A stretch of 64,000 nucleotides of DNA from an uncultured cyanobacterium (GTDB taxonomy: Bacteria > Cyanobacteriota > Cyanobacteriia > Cyanobacteriales > Nostocaceae). The position numbers and the translations under genes are program-made. Position 1 is the stretch's first letter, and the number at the start of each line of letters is the position of its first letter. Positions 28,497-37,061 of the stretch are shown one piece after another. The stretch lies in the NCBI GenBank assembly GCA_963740315.1, contig CAVUDP010000001.1:1536001-1600000 (forward strand), given 5' to 3'. A model generated the notes under the pieces. The model was not told the origin of the DNA. It was given only the letters and a program-made list of their open reading frames with translations, and did no database searches.

Positions 28497-28670
28497 GTGT
28501 CTAATTTGAAAAACACGGAAGATAAAACTGTAAAGCTTGTGGTTTTTTTGTCAGATGACGAACGTACAAAATTTAAAATCGCTTGCGCTCGTAGTAAAAC
28601 CTCCATGAGCCAAAAAGCTAAAGAATTAATCGTTGCTTGGGTTGAATCAGAAGAAGAACAATCTTCATAA
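28497..28670 (+). CDS. ParG/CopG-like ribbon-helix-helix protein (57 aa, absent from the ORF track)
   Basis: GTG start; VKLVVFLSDDERTKFKIACARSKTSMSQKAKELIVAWV. Confidence 0.7.
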   Translation: MSNLKNTEDKTVKLVVFLSDDERTKFKIACARSKTSMSQKAKELIVAWVESEEEQSS

Positions 28671-28689
28671 AATGATCAATTGTACGGTT

Positions 28690-28741
28690 CGGGACTGAAT
28701 TGAGTAGTGTTTTCATGCAAGAAAACTCTCAATTCGTCTCG
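28690..28741. terminator. Stem-loop downstream of the ParG-like gene
   Basis: gaattgag...gttttc / gaaaac...ctcaattc arms. Confidence 0.4.
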
Positions 28742-28815
28742 GGGCAATTTCTGTGGGTTGGCTTGGTAATACATATGCAAATTAATTCAGACACAATCAA
28801 AAAAAGTTATTAGAC

Positions 28816-29049
28816 ATGGCAGAAGACAACGTTCGTTTTTCAATTACCCTATCCCCTTATGATTTTCGGAAGCTAAAGCTTTGGGCAAAGCTCCGAGCGA
28901 GGTCGTCCTCCGGCTGCATTTGCGGCTCAAATCATTGCTGCAAGACGCTTAGGCTAACTTTGAAAGTATTAATCAGCAACTCGCTGTTGGATGCGCGATA
29001 CAAAAATGTTTCTATAGAAGAACTAGAAGCTAGCTTTGATTCTGATTAG
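28816..29049 (+). pseudogene. RHH-like small regulator with a frame-scrambled middle
   Basis: N-term VRFSITLSPYDFRKLKLWAK; helix-like RGRPPAAFAAQIIAAR and ANFESINQQL are read in other frames. Confidence 0.55.
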
Positions 29050-29352
29050 TTAAATGGCTTTCTTTGCCTGAGCAAATTGTTTTTTCTTAAATTTGATGGT
29101 GATAGTGGTTCATACTACTAGACTCCAAATAAGAAAAGAGAAGAAAATTACTTTTTTGTATTTGAGCAAATAATCCTCCATATCGCTTATTACCAACAGT
29201 TGCATGTGATTAAAGTATTCTTCTTTAACCCGGTGTTCTGCGTTATTCTCGAATCCTAACATCTATTCTACAACTAAATAGCATCTATATTGCAACAGTC
29301 TTTCAAGTCAATAAAAGATACGATGAGACATTAAAGTTAGAAAACACTTGCC

Positions 29353-29541
29353 GTGACTAAGAGAATAAGCGTTTCTATTCCCGATTTAACCCATGAAAAA
29401 TTACAAACTTGGGCTGACATTGAAGGCACAAGTTTAGCTGACTTAGCAGCTTATTTGTTGCGTAGAGACATTGAAATAGCTGAGAAAGAGGGGAAGCTTA
29501 GATATCCAAATGAGAACACAACCGAAGAATCAACACAGTAA
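29353..29541 (+). CDS. CopG/Arc ribbon-helix-helix protein
   Basis: KRISVSIPDLTHEKLQTWADIEGTSLADLAAYLL. Confidence 0.8.
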   Translation: MTKRISVSIPDLTHEKLQTWADIEGTSLADLAAYLLRRDIEIAEKEGKLRYPNENTTEESTQ

Positions 29542-29857
29542 ATTTACATCCTTAATACCTCTATCAAGATTTTTTAGATGATTCTGTTTAAATTTCGGTC
29601 AAGCTATTAGCTTGTACCGAATGAAAACATTCTATCGATTTATAGGAATAATGATGCATCAACTTTACACTTATTCATAATATATGCATCACTAGATATT
29701 ATTAATGCATTTTTAAATTAATATTAGTTAACAAATAGTGATGCATTAAATTGTCTCACTGACGAGGTTTTAATATAAAACTTAATAGAATAAACTAAAA
29801 ATATAGTTGTTTATGTAAACTGAAGTGAAACATCGATAAAGATAAGTCCAAAAATCT

Positions 29858-30679
29858 GTGATAAATAAGCGCGAACGCTTTCCTCAAGGGGATACCAATC
29901 GAGTATCTTTTACTCTCGCACCGGGTGTGCGACAACGAGTAGATAAAATGTTGCCGATACTAGGCAGTTCTTTGTCAAAGACATTAAGATACTTAATTGA
30001 TTTGGGCTTAGATGTATTTGAACTGGCTCAAAAAAATGGAAATTCAATTCCTAAAGTAGGTAGTTTGGATCGGATGTTTTCTACTTACACTTCTTTAGGG
30101 ATGGAATTAGTATTTGCGTGCGATTCTTTGGGCTTATCAGTACCAGAGGTTGGTCGTGTGGGTATTTGGTTTGTAGACAATCTCTATCCGGGATTTGATA
30201 ATATTGAAGGGATTCAAAGAGATCAAGAATTTCAAGCATCTCGTATATTCCGCTTAAGTGGAGAAATCCAAAAGCTTTTTCAACAACAGCTTAGTTTATT
30301 GTCTGAAGAAGAATTCGCAGTATTTTTAAAAAATTTACATCAAGAAACAGTCATAGGACAAGAATTCGTTGCGACTTGTCGAACGCTTGGCTTAAAACCA
30401 CCACAAAACGGGAAAATAGAGCAATGGCTGCTTTCAAACATGGGACAACAGGGGCAGCTTGATAAAGTTGGTGTATCGGAAGCAGGCTTTACAACACAAT
30501 CCCAGCCAACTGAAGATAATTTGCATGGAGTAAATTCACAGCCGTTTTTGGAATACTTACTGACACTTGATGCAATGCCAACTGAAGAAGAGCAGTTTTT
30601 GATTGCTAGTCGGTTTGGTGTAGAGCTAACACGTCTTACAAAACTAATATCTCGGATAAGGTTTGACGATAAGGGGTGA
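29858..30679 (+). CDS. Hypothetical protein with an N-terminal RHH-like segment
   Basis: RVSFTLAPGVRQRVDKM...SLSKTLRYLIDLGL; internal repeat GxExVxxCxxLGLxxP. Confidence 0.65.
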   Translation: MINKRERFPQGDTNRVSFTLAPGVRQRVDKMLPILGSSLSKTLRYLIDLGLDVFELAQKNGNSIPKVGSLDRMFSTYTSLGMELVFACDSLGLSVPEVGRVGIWFVDNLYPGFDNIEGIQRDQEFQASRIFRLSGEIQKLFQQQLSLLSEEEFAVFLKNLHQETVIGQEFVATCRTLGLKPPQNGKIEQWLLSNMGQQGQLDKVGVSEAGFTTQSQPTEDNLHGVNSQPFLEYLLTLDAMPTEEEQFLIASRFGVELTRLTKLISRIRFDDKG

Positions 30680-30823
30680 AACAAATAATTGAAACATAAA
30701 TTTTTCGGTATTGATATGTATCTATATTGCGGCTGTAATCTCTACAATCGGTCATTGACATATGACAACGGTGCAAAATTTTAAGATAGAATTATTCATA
30801 AGTTATTAGGCAAGAAGTAGATA

Positions 30824-31219
30824 ATGTCAATCCTCAAAGTTGAAGTACAATTATCTTCAGAAGAATTGCTCAAGGCAGTTGAGCAATTAAACTTGTCTGA
30901 ATTAGAACAATTTGTATCACAAGTTATTGTTTTAAAAGCACAACGTAAAGCCACCCGACTGCCGCAAACAGAAGCAGAATTATTACTTAAAATTAATCAA
31001 GGTATTCCTGATAATCTTCAAAAAGATTACGAGGAATTAAAGGTTAAAGGAGAAGAAGAAACTCTCACAGATGATGAGCATCAAAGGTTATTACAACTGA
31101 CTGAGGAAATAGAAAAAATCCAAGCACAACGTATAGAAAATTTAGCAGAGTTAGCACGTTTGCGTGGTGTGTCACTAACTGCATTGATGGAAAATTTAGG
31201 GATTCAGGCAACAAAATAA
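30824..31219 (+). CDS. Helical protein coupled to the HNH gene (putative antitoxin-like partner)
   Basis: LSSEELLKAVEQL...EAELLLKINQG...LAELARLRGVSL; TAATG overlap with the HNH start. Confidence 0.7.
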   Translation: MSILKVEVQLSSEELLKAVEQLNLSELEQFVSQVIVLKAQRKATRLPQTEAELLLKINQGIPDNLQKDYEELKVKGEEETLTDDEHQRLLQLTEEIEKIQAQRIENLAELARLRGVSLTALMENLGIQATK

Positions 31220-31560
31220 TGTCCGATTCAAGAGTGACAGCGCAGTTAAAAAAGTCTGTAGTAAAAAGAGAAGACCGGATGTTGTGAATATTGTAGAAGC
31301 CAAGAAAGTTTTGCAATTCAAGCTTTTTCTGCCGAGCATATTATCCCCAAAAGTAAAGGTGGAGAAACAAGTTTAGAAAATTTGGCTCTTTCTTGTCAGG
31401 GTTGTAATAATCACAAATATAATAAAATCCAAGGTTATAACCTTGTAAGTGGTGAAACTGTACCTTTGTATCATCCACGTCAACAAATATGGAATGATAA
31501 TTTTGCATGGAATAATGACTTTACTCTAGTTATTGGTTTGAATCCAACAGGAAGAGCTAT
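31219..31560 (+). pseudogene. HNH endonuclease, frameshifted and 3'-truncated
   Basis: MSDSRVTAQLKKSVVKR, frameshift near 31275, then GCCEYC...EHIIPKSKGG...NLALSCQGCNNHK...NPTGRA, then runs into antisense vapC. Confidence 0.8.
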
Positions 31561-31815
31561 ATTAGTCACCAAAGCATCTTTACGCGATCGCGCAACTGCA
31601 CCAATCAACACATCAATTTCCTCTGTTGGTTTACCAATTTTTGTAAGTTCGCTTTGAATCCTACCAAACTTAACAGCCGCATCTAGGTCAAATGGTGGTT
31701 CAACTGTCAGATTTTGGGTTAACTGCGCTAATATTTCTAAATTCTTTTCGACCTGCTGCGAACAGTAGACACCTTCATAAGTTCAGAAACAACGATTGTC
31801 GAAATATAACATTGA
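31560..31815 (-). pseudogene. vapC: VapC (PIN-domain toxin) internal fragment
   Basis: CYISTIVVSEL, frameshift, EGVYCSQQVEKNL...FDLDAAVKFGRIQSELTKIGKP...DVLIGAVA...LVTN; both ends missing. Confidence 0.75.
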
Positions 31816-31922
31816 GCCTTGGCATGACTAACTTTGATAAAACGAATAAAATCGAATGCTTCAGTTAATAATTCTGAAGGTAAAGATTCTATTTCTTTAA
31901 TTAGTAATTCTTTATTAACCAT
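31816..31922 (-). pseudogene. DUF2281-like antitoxin 5' part fused to the vapC fragment
   Basis: MVNKELLIKEIESLPSELLTEAFDFIRFIK followed directly by VapC-type sequence. Confidence 0.65.
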
Positions 31923-31976
31923 ATTAAGTAATTATCTTTGTTTGTATTTTAAATTTTATACAACGGATACACAAAC

Positions 31977-32201
31977 TTATCCAAGCGAAGCGATAAATTT
32001 TTCTACTGTTAAATCTATATCTCGAATAATTGCTCGTAAGGTTCCCTTAGCTATTCGATCGTGTTCAGGAACGACAACTTGGCTAAATGGGTCATCTCGC
32101 CGCATAATAATGTGACTACTTTCTCTGCGCTTTTGGTAAAAACCTATTTTCTCCAAAGCTTTTATACATTCTTTTCCAGAAATGCTCGGTAGCTTACTCA
32201 T
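31977..32201 (-). CDS. hicA: HicA-family toxin
   Basis: ISGKECIKALEKIGF...SSHIIM...VVVPEH..IAKGTLRAI. Confidence 0.9.
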   Translation of the reverse strand: MSKLPSISGKECIKALEKIGFYQKRRESSHIIMRRDDPFSQVVVPEHDRIAKGTLRAIIRDIDLTVEKFIASLG

Positions 32202-32422
32202 ACAACTACCAGGTACGCTTCAAAATTATCTGTAGGAACAGGTAAACCGTCTTCTTCTAAAGCCGCAATGTATCCAGCAATTGCTTCTTTAATATTAGAT
32301 AGGGCTTCCTCTTTTGTTTTGCCTTGGCTAATACATCCTTTTAAGCTTGGGCATTCCACAACCCAATAACCATCCTCATCTTTGTACATGATTACTTGTC
32401 TCATGTTCAGTATATAACCCAA
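32198..32422 (-). CDS. hicB: HicB-family antitoxin (short form)
   Basis: EDGYWVVECPSLKGCISQGKTKEEALSNIKEAI; ATGA overlap with hicA. Confidence 0.9.
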   Translation of the reverse strand: MGYILNMRQVIMYKDEDGYWVVECPSLKGCISQGKTKEEALSNIKEAIAGYIAALEEDGLPVPTDNFEAYLVVV

Positions 32423-32525
32423 AACTAAAGAATTCTTCTTGATTGTAATTGTTATATTTTAAAGTGATTATGATTGTCTTATGCTTTAAAGTAATTTAAA
32501 AAAAATAAATTATTTTAATACTCTC

Positions 32526-33143
32526 TCAAACAATCGCATCAAAGACTTGCTTTGCTGTAAGGTTCAGTTGGGGGAAAGCAGGAGAAATAATTCGCTCGTC
32601 ACCCCTAAAAGCAGTCATCTGATATTCATCATCAATTAACTCACACACAAAAAATGTCGGCTGCTTGGGATTTCCAATAAATTTTCTTCCACCCAAAGCT
32701 GCATAATCTACTATCCAATATTCAGGTATTTTCATTGCTTGGTAATTACCAAACTTAGTGTAATAGTCATCTTCCCAATTCGTACTAACAACCTCAACTA
32801 TCAAAGGAATAGAAGCACTTTTAGTAACAGTAGATTCTTTTTCCCACAAAGGCTCATTCTCTAAATTCGCATCATTAATCAAAACAATATCTGGTAAATA
32901 ACCTGACAATTTGTTTGGTGGCTTTACTAATGCTGTTTTTGGAATAAAATACGGCAATTTTAAGCGTTTATACTCAACGCTAACTTCTCCTGCTAAAAAA
33001 CCTGTTACTTTTTCATGCTTACCACTTGGTTGAGCCATTTCTACAATTATGCCATCGTGTAATTCGTATCGCTTTGCAGCATTTTCCGGCAACCAATCTA
33101 TAAATTCTTTAAAGGTTAATAGTTTCGATGGAGTAATAGTCAT
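32526..33143 (-). CDS. Uma2/DUF820 PD-(D/E)XK-family protein
   Basis: RYELHDG.IVEM, PDIV, LIVEVVS, IPEYWIVD. Confidence 0.92.
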   Translation of the reverse strand: MTITPSKLLTFKEFIDWLPENAAKRYELHDGIIVEMAQPSGKHEKVTGFLAGEVSVEYKRLKLPYFIPKTALVKPPNKLSGYLPDIVLINDANLENEPLWEKESTVTKSASIPLIVEVVSTNWEDDYYTKFGNYQAMKIPEYWIVDYAALGGRKFIGNPKQPTFFVCELIDDEYQMTAFRGDERIISPAFPQLNLTAKQVFDAIV

Positions 33144-33438
33144 AAATCAAATAATTTCACTATAGTAGTAAATATTTCTACCTGAGTAATTTTTTCTTAA
33201 AAGCTTACTAGAGATATTTATTCCCTCATCATATATCTAAACCTGCTTGCATTGCCAATATACAGTATGTAACCTAACAATTGTTTGCTGAATTAGGCAT
33301 AAATTTAACTAAGCTTAAGTCAAGTTAAACCTAAACGAAAGTAACTGGATTTGTTAAATAAAAAATATTTAACAAATACTAGTGTGGTACTTAAGTTAGC
33401 CCTTTTCTGCATGGACAATCATATTTAGTTGGAATTGA

Positions 33439-34050
33439 GTGGGTATGGTATATGAAAACGTTATCTACACGCAGAAGACACTTTCTCAAAGATATGGGAT
33501 TTCAATTGCAGCCTTACAGCAATGGTTCCCATATGCTGGAATCGTGAAACCTAAGAAGCGCGGAGGATATTTTGATGCAGCAGCAGTTGAAGTAGCTGAT
33601 ATTTTTTATGTAGCTATTAGAATCAGAAGGTTGACTTTTGAGGAATATTTAGAACAGGTAATTCCTGCTGGTGGTTTGGATGCTTATTTACGTCTTATTA
33701 ACAAGATGACTCTTTATGACTTTTTGACCAAGCATATATCTGAAGCAGAAAAAAATAACCCAATCGTACAAACAGTAATTAGGAGAATAGAGCGTAATGA
33801 AGCATATAAATCAGCTAGCACAACAGCTACAAGTTTCACAGCCACCGTTGTGCGAAATATTTGCCAATTATTGGATTTAGAGATTAATGAGAATACAATT
33901 CCGGAACAAGTTGAATCCCAGTTAGTGAATCTAAAAGCTGCTGCGAATAAAGAAAATATGTCTTTAGAGAAAGCTGCTCGGCATTTGATTGAGATGCGCG
34001 ATCGCGAAACAGAATTAGGCGATGCTCCTTTAGGAGCCGCCTTCGGCTAA
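33439..34050 (+). CDS. HTH-containing protein (MerR/excisionase-like N-terminus), apparently fused by frameshift to the next gene
   Basis: YTQKTLSQRYGISIAALQQW...GGYFD; internal AGGAG (33781) + ATG (33797) in another frame. Confidence 0.6.
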   Translation: MGMVYENVIYTQKTLSQRYGISIAALQQWFPYAGIVKPKKRGGYFDAAAVEVADIFYVAIRIRRLTFEEYLEQVIPAGGLDAYLRLINKMTLYDFLTKHISEAEKNNPIVQTVIRRIERNEAYKSASTTATSFTATVVRNICQLLDLEINENTIPEQVESQLVNLKAAANKENMSLEKAARHLIEMRDRETELGDAPLGAAFG

Positions 34051-34310
34051 CGCAAATTCAACAAGCGCGAATATATAAAGCAAAGATTTGGCGTAGATCC
34101 AGAACAAGCTCCCGGAGATAGTTTCGTAGGAATGCTCTACGGGGATACTGATAGAGGGATTCAACTAGGACAATTACGTCCGAAAGAGTAGTACTGGAAT
34201 CTTCTACTCTTGCTTTAGAGGAATTTATATTTAGTGGAACTGGAGATAATTTAAATGAATTTGACCAAGCTCAGGAGCGAATTAACTCACGCATTGATAA
34301 TGATTTTTAA
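33797..34310 (+). pseudogene. Disrupted second gene of the FtsK-associated operon
   Basis: MKHINQLAQQLQVS, frameshift, ATVVRNICQLL..., TAA at 34048-34050 next to a palindrome, coding-like sequence resumes in frame (RKFNKREYIKQRFG...), further shift near 34180. Confidence 0.5.
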
Positions 34311-34369
34311 GGGCATTGTCAACTGGGGGGAAGAGAGTCATCCCTTACTGCTGAGTACATCAACACCGC

Positions 34370-34699
34370 GTGCCTCAACAGTTGAAGTCCTCGCGTGCCT
34401 CAAATAAAGCAATCTCAGAAGAAGTAGTCAATCAAATGCTACCTATTTGTTACCAGTTTCGTGATGAAAGTTTATTGCAAATGCGGAATAATTCAACAGT
34501 TGCGGTTGGTATAAACTTCCTCAGTGTTTTATCTGGGACAGTTATTGGAACATGGCTAGCAGTTCCTCCAACTCAAGAAAAGCAAGAAATTTCTAGCATT
34601 CAACCTATTTTGATTGGAGTGGGGATTGGCGAAATAGTTGGGTTAATTTTGGCACTAATTGTAATTTGGAAGAGTAAAAACAATGAGCGCAGTATGTGA
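34370..34699 (+). CDS. Small two-TM protein
   Basis: Two hydrophobic helices; true start may be ATG at about 34436. Confidence 0.7.
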   Translation: MPQQLKSSRASNKAISEEVVNQMLPICYQFRDESLLQMRNNSTVAVGINFLSVLSGTVIGTWLAVPPTQEKQEISSIQPILIGVGIGEIVGLILALIVIWKSKNNERSM

Positions 34700-34901
34700 T
34701 TTTTTAGTTAATACCGCAGGTGGTTTGTTAATGAATTTAGGTGTTTCTGGAATGGTAGGTCAATTGATGGGAGTAGGTGCGACCCTTGCCCTACATCCAG
34801 TATTGCTCTTAACCGGAATAGTTGTTGGTGGCGCAGGAATTGCTGTTGCTCGCGAGCTAAATAAACGCCCGCAATTAAGTTTAATTGTTGACAATACTTG
34901 A
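34683..34901 (+). CDS. Small Gly-rich two-TM protein
   Basis: 72 aa, hydrophobic, overlaps the upstream gene. Confidence 0.65.
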   Translation: MSAVCDFLVNTAGGLLMNLGVSGMVGQLMGVGATLALHPVLLLTGIVVGGAGIAVARELNKRPQLSLIVDNT

Positions 34902-34914
34902 ATAAGGAGTTCAA

Positions 34915-35751
34915 ATGTTTACTCCCGTAACCGTTCAAGATAAAAAGCCGACTCGAAAGAAGAAAAAGGTAAGTATAGGTTTGTGGACGGCTTTCTCCAC
35001 TGTTGGAGCCATTTCCGTAATCGGTGCGGTAGCTTTGATGGTTGGATGGAAGCAGCAAATACCAGGGAAGAATCAAATTTCAGCCGTACAGCAAGCTAAG
35101 ACACAAGTATCTCAAATACGTGAAGTCTACCTAGAAAAACTTTCTCGCACTGACTACAACATCGACCATCTTTCTAGTTATTCGTCAAATGAAGGTGCGC
35201 CAAATTTAACAGGGTGGAGACAAATGTCAGCAGCATTATGGGGTCAGCAACTCAAAAGCCAAATATCTGCGATGCAGAATGATGAAAATTCAGGTTTTTA
35301 CCGTTTGCATTACATGCCTGCATTAGAGATAGTTAAATTCAACTCCCTGGATGTTTTACTAGAAGCGGCTTCTGGTAATGATACCTTTTACTGGGGTTAT
35401 CGTAAAACCGACGGAACAAAGGTAGAAGAAAAGATTCCCATTGGTGCGGTTGCTGTAATGATATTAGGGAAACTCGAAGCAATCGATTACGCGCAAAGTC
35501 TGGAATCTCAACCCGTAGTGGATTTGAATCAAATGTTAGTTCAAATTCGCAATGCTCAACAACCATATTCACTGGCTCAAGCCCAGTTATTACGCGCCCG
35601 TGGATATTCAGATCCAGTTGAACAATTAGCTCAAGTAGGAGAAATTCGCGAAAAAATCAAAAAACAACAGGAAGAACGGAAACTTTATTTGCAAGAGATG
35701 AAAGAGACAGTCAGACCAGCTACTCCGAATCCAGAAGATACTCAACCTTAA
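34915..35751 (+). CDS. Single-TM protein with a helical C-terminal domain
   Basis: TAAGGAG RBS; KKKK followed by a TM helix. Confidence 0.8.
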   Translation: MFTPVTVQDKKPTRKKKKVSIGLWTAFSTVGAISVIGAVALMVGWKQQIPGKNQISAVQQAKTQVSQIREVYLEKLSRTDYNIDHLSSYSSNEGAPNLTGWRQMSAALWGQQLKSQISAMQNDENSGFYRLHYMPALEIVKFNSLDVLLEAASGNDTFYWGYRKTDGTKVEEKIPIGAVAVMILGKLEAIDYAQSLESQPVVDLNQMLVQIRNAQQPYSLAQAQLLRARGYSDPVEQLAQVGEIREKIKKQQEERKLYLQEMKETVRPATPNPEDTQP

Positions 35752-35814
35752 ATAACCAAACGAAGCTCTAATTAATGTTTGTAATCTCAAATCCTAAACC
35801 AAGGAGACTTTAGT

Positions 35815-36315
35815 ATGTACGCCAAATTTGCCGCTGCAATAATTTGTATAGCTTTATGTTCGCTTAACGTTGTAGCGGCAGTCAAACGTACTCCTATCCG
35901 TACCACTCTTTCTGGTTCAACCCGCACAACGGTAGAGATGATGCCGTCCCCCAATTCATCCGTACATTGGATGAGTGCAATCATCTTTATCGGTGGTTTT
36001 GCTGGTTTTTTGGGTTGGGGAATTTCTGATTACAACAACATAATTGAAGATGATGAGATGATTGATAATTCGGTAAATACAAATGCCCCCACAACCTCGA
36101 ATAATGTTCAATTACCTCCATCTGTTAATCCTGATGTGAATAGTATTTCTAGCAATAACTTAATTCACTTTCCCTCACGCTCTTTATCTAATCATTCCGA
36201 TCTAGATATAGCGAACCAATCTGAAACATTGTCTCCACAAGAATTTTATTCTCAACTCCAACAAGAGGATTTGTGGAACGATGATAATTCCAATCCCAAT
36301 AATAATGTTAATTAG
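35815..36315 (+). CDS. Membrane protein with an Asn-rich tail
   Basis: AAGGAG RBS; signal-like helix plus a TM helix. Confidence 0.7.
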   Translation: MYAKFAAAIICIALCSLNVVAAVKRTPIRTTLSGSTRTTVEMMPSPNSSVHWMSAIIFIGGFAGFLGWGISDYNNIIEDDEMIDNSVNTNAPTTSNNVQLPPSVNPDVNSISSNNLIHFPSRSLSNHSDLDIANQSETLSPQEFYSQLQQEDLWNDDNSNPNNNVN

Positions 36316-36324
36316 GAGTTAAAT

Positions 36325-36810
36325 ATGTCCAGGAATCGTCGCGATCGCGTTGATATTGATTATTCCGATGGTGGTGCAATTATTCCCACCACACGCTTGC
36401 AGGGAATGTTAAATCAAGTTCAACAACAAGGAGGTGTAGTAAATCAGCAGTCGGCTATACCAATGTCTGTTGATTCCCAACCTGTAGAAGTACGATACGT
36501 CAATTCACAAACGAGCTATAAACCAAAAGTGCCTCAAATTGAAATTCCCTATGTAGAAACGTGGAAAGCTCACAGATTACACCCTCAGAATCAGGCGCGT
36601 TTCTTTTGGTATCCTGCCTACTTCCTTAGCGATTGTATAAAGTCTCCAATTGGTGTGGGTGCAGTTGGGTTGTGGTTGTTTGTAATGTTGGTTAATTTTC
36701 TACTCAATGGTAGCTATACCGGACCAGGTTATGCTTCCGGGAAGAAGATTGAAGTCGTACCGGAGGAAGTACCTTCGTTTGCCATGCCTGTATTTCGGCA
36801 ATTGGAATAA
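36325..36810 (+). CDS. Hypothetical protein with a C-terminal TM
   Basis: AGGAG RBS; IGVGAVGLWLFVMLVNFLL. Confidence 0.75.
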   Translation: MSRNRRDRVDIDYSDGGAIIPTTRLQGMLNQVQQQGGVVNQQSAIPMSVDSQPVEVRYVNSQTSYKPKVPQIEIPYVETWKAHRLHPQNQARFFWYPAYFLSDCIKSPIGVGAVGLWLFVMLVNFLLNGSYTGPGYASGKKIEVVPEEVPSFAMPVFRQLE

Positions 36811-37061
36811 TGTTGGTCAAAATTTGCTTTGGAGTAACTTTATTGGTGTGGGTACTCGATATTCTCCAACCGGGGTACCTCAAATTTTATAACTTGGGCG
36901 ATGTAACTCAAAAAACTAAATTCCCAATCTCCAAAGCAATAATTCCGCAATCCAAACCCACACCAACTGATTCGATTTGCAAGAATCCTAAGAATAATTT
37001 TGAGAAGTTACTCAGTTCTACCAATTCTAGTTGTCATAATGCGAATCAAACTGGAAATTGA
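36810..37061 (+). CDS. Small membrane or secreted protein
   Basis: TAATG coupling; N-terminal hydrophobic stretch; Cys pair. Confidence 0.6.
   Translation: MLVKICFGVTLLVWVLDILQPGYLKFYNLGDVTQKTKFPISKAIIPQSKPTPTDSICKNPKNNFEKLLSSTNSSCHNANQTGN

Noticed and set aside
28406..28606. 66-aa minus-strand ORF
   Set aside because: Antisense shadow of the ParG-like gene at 28497..28670
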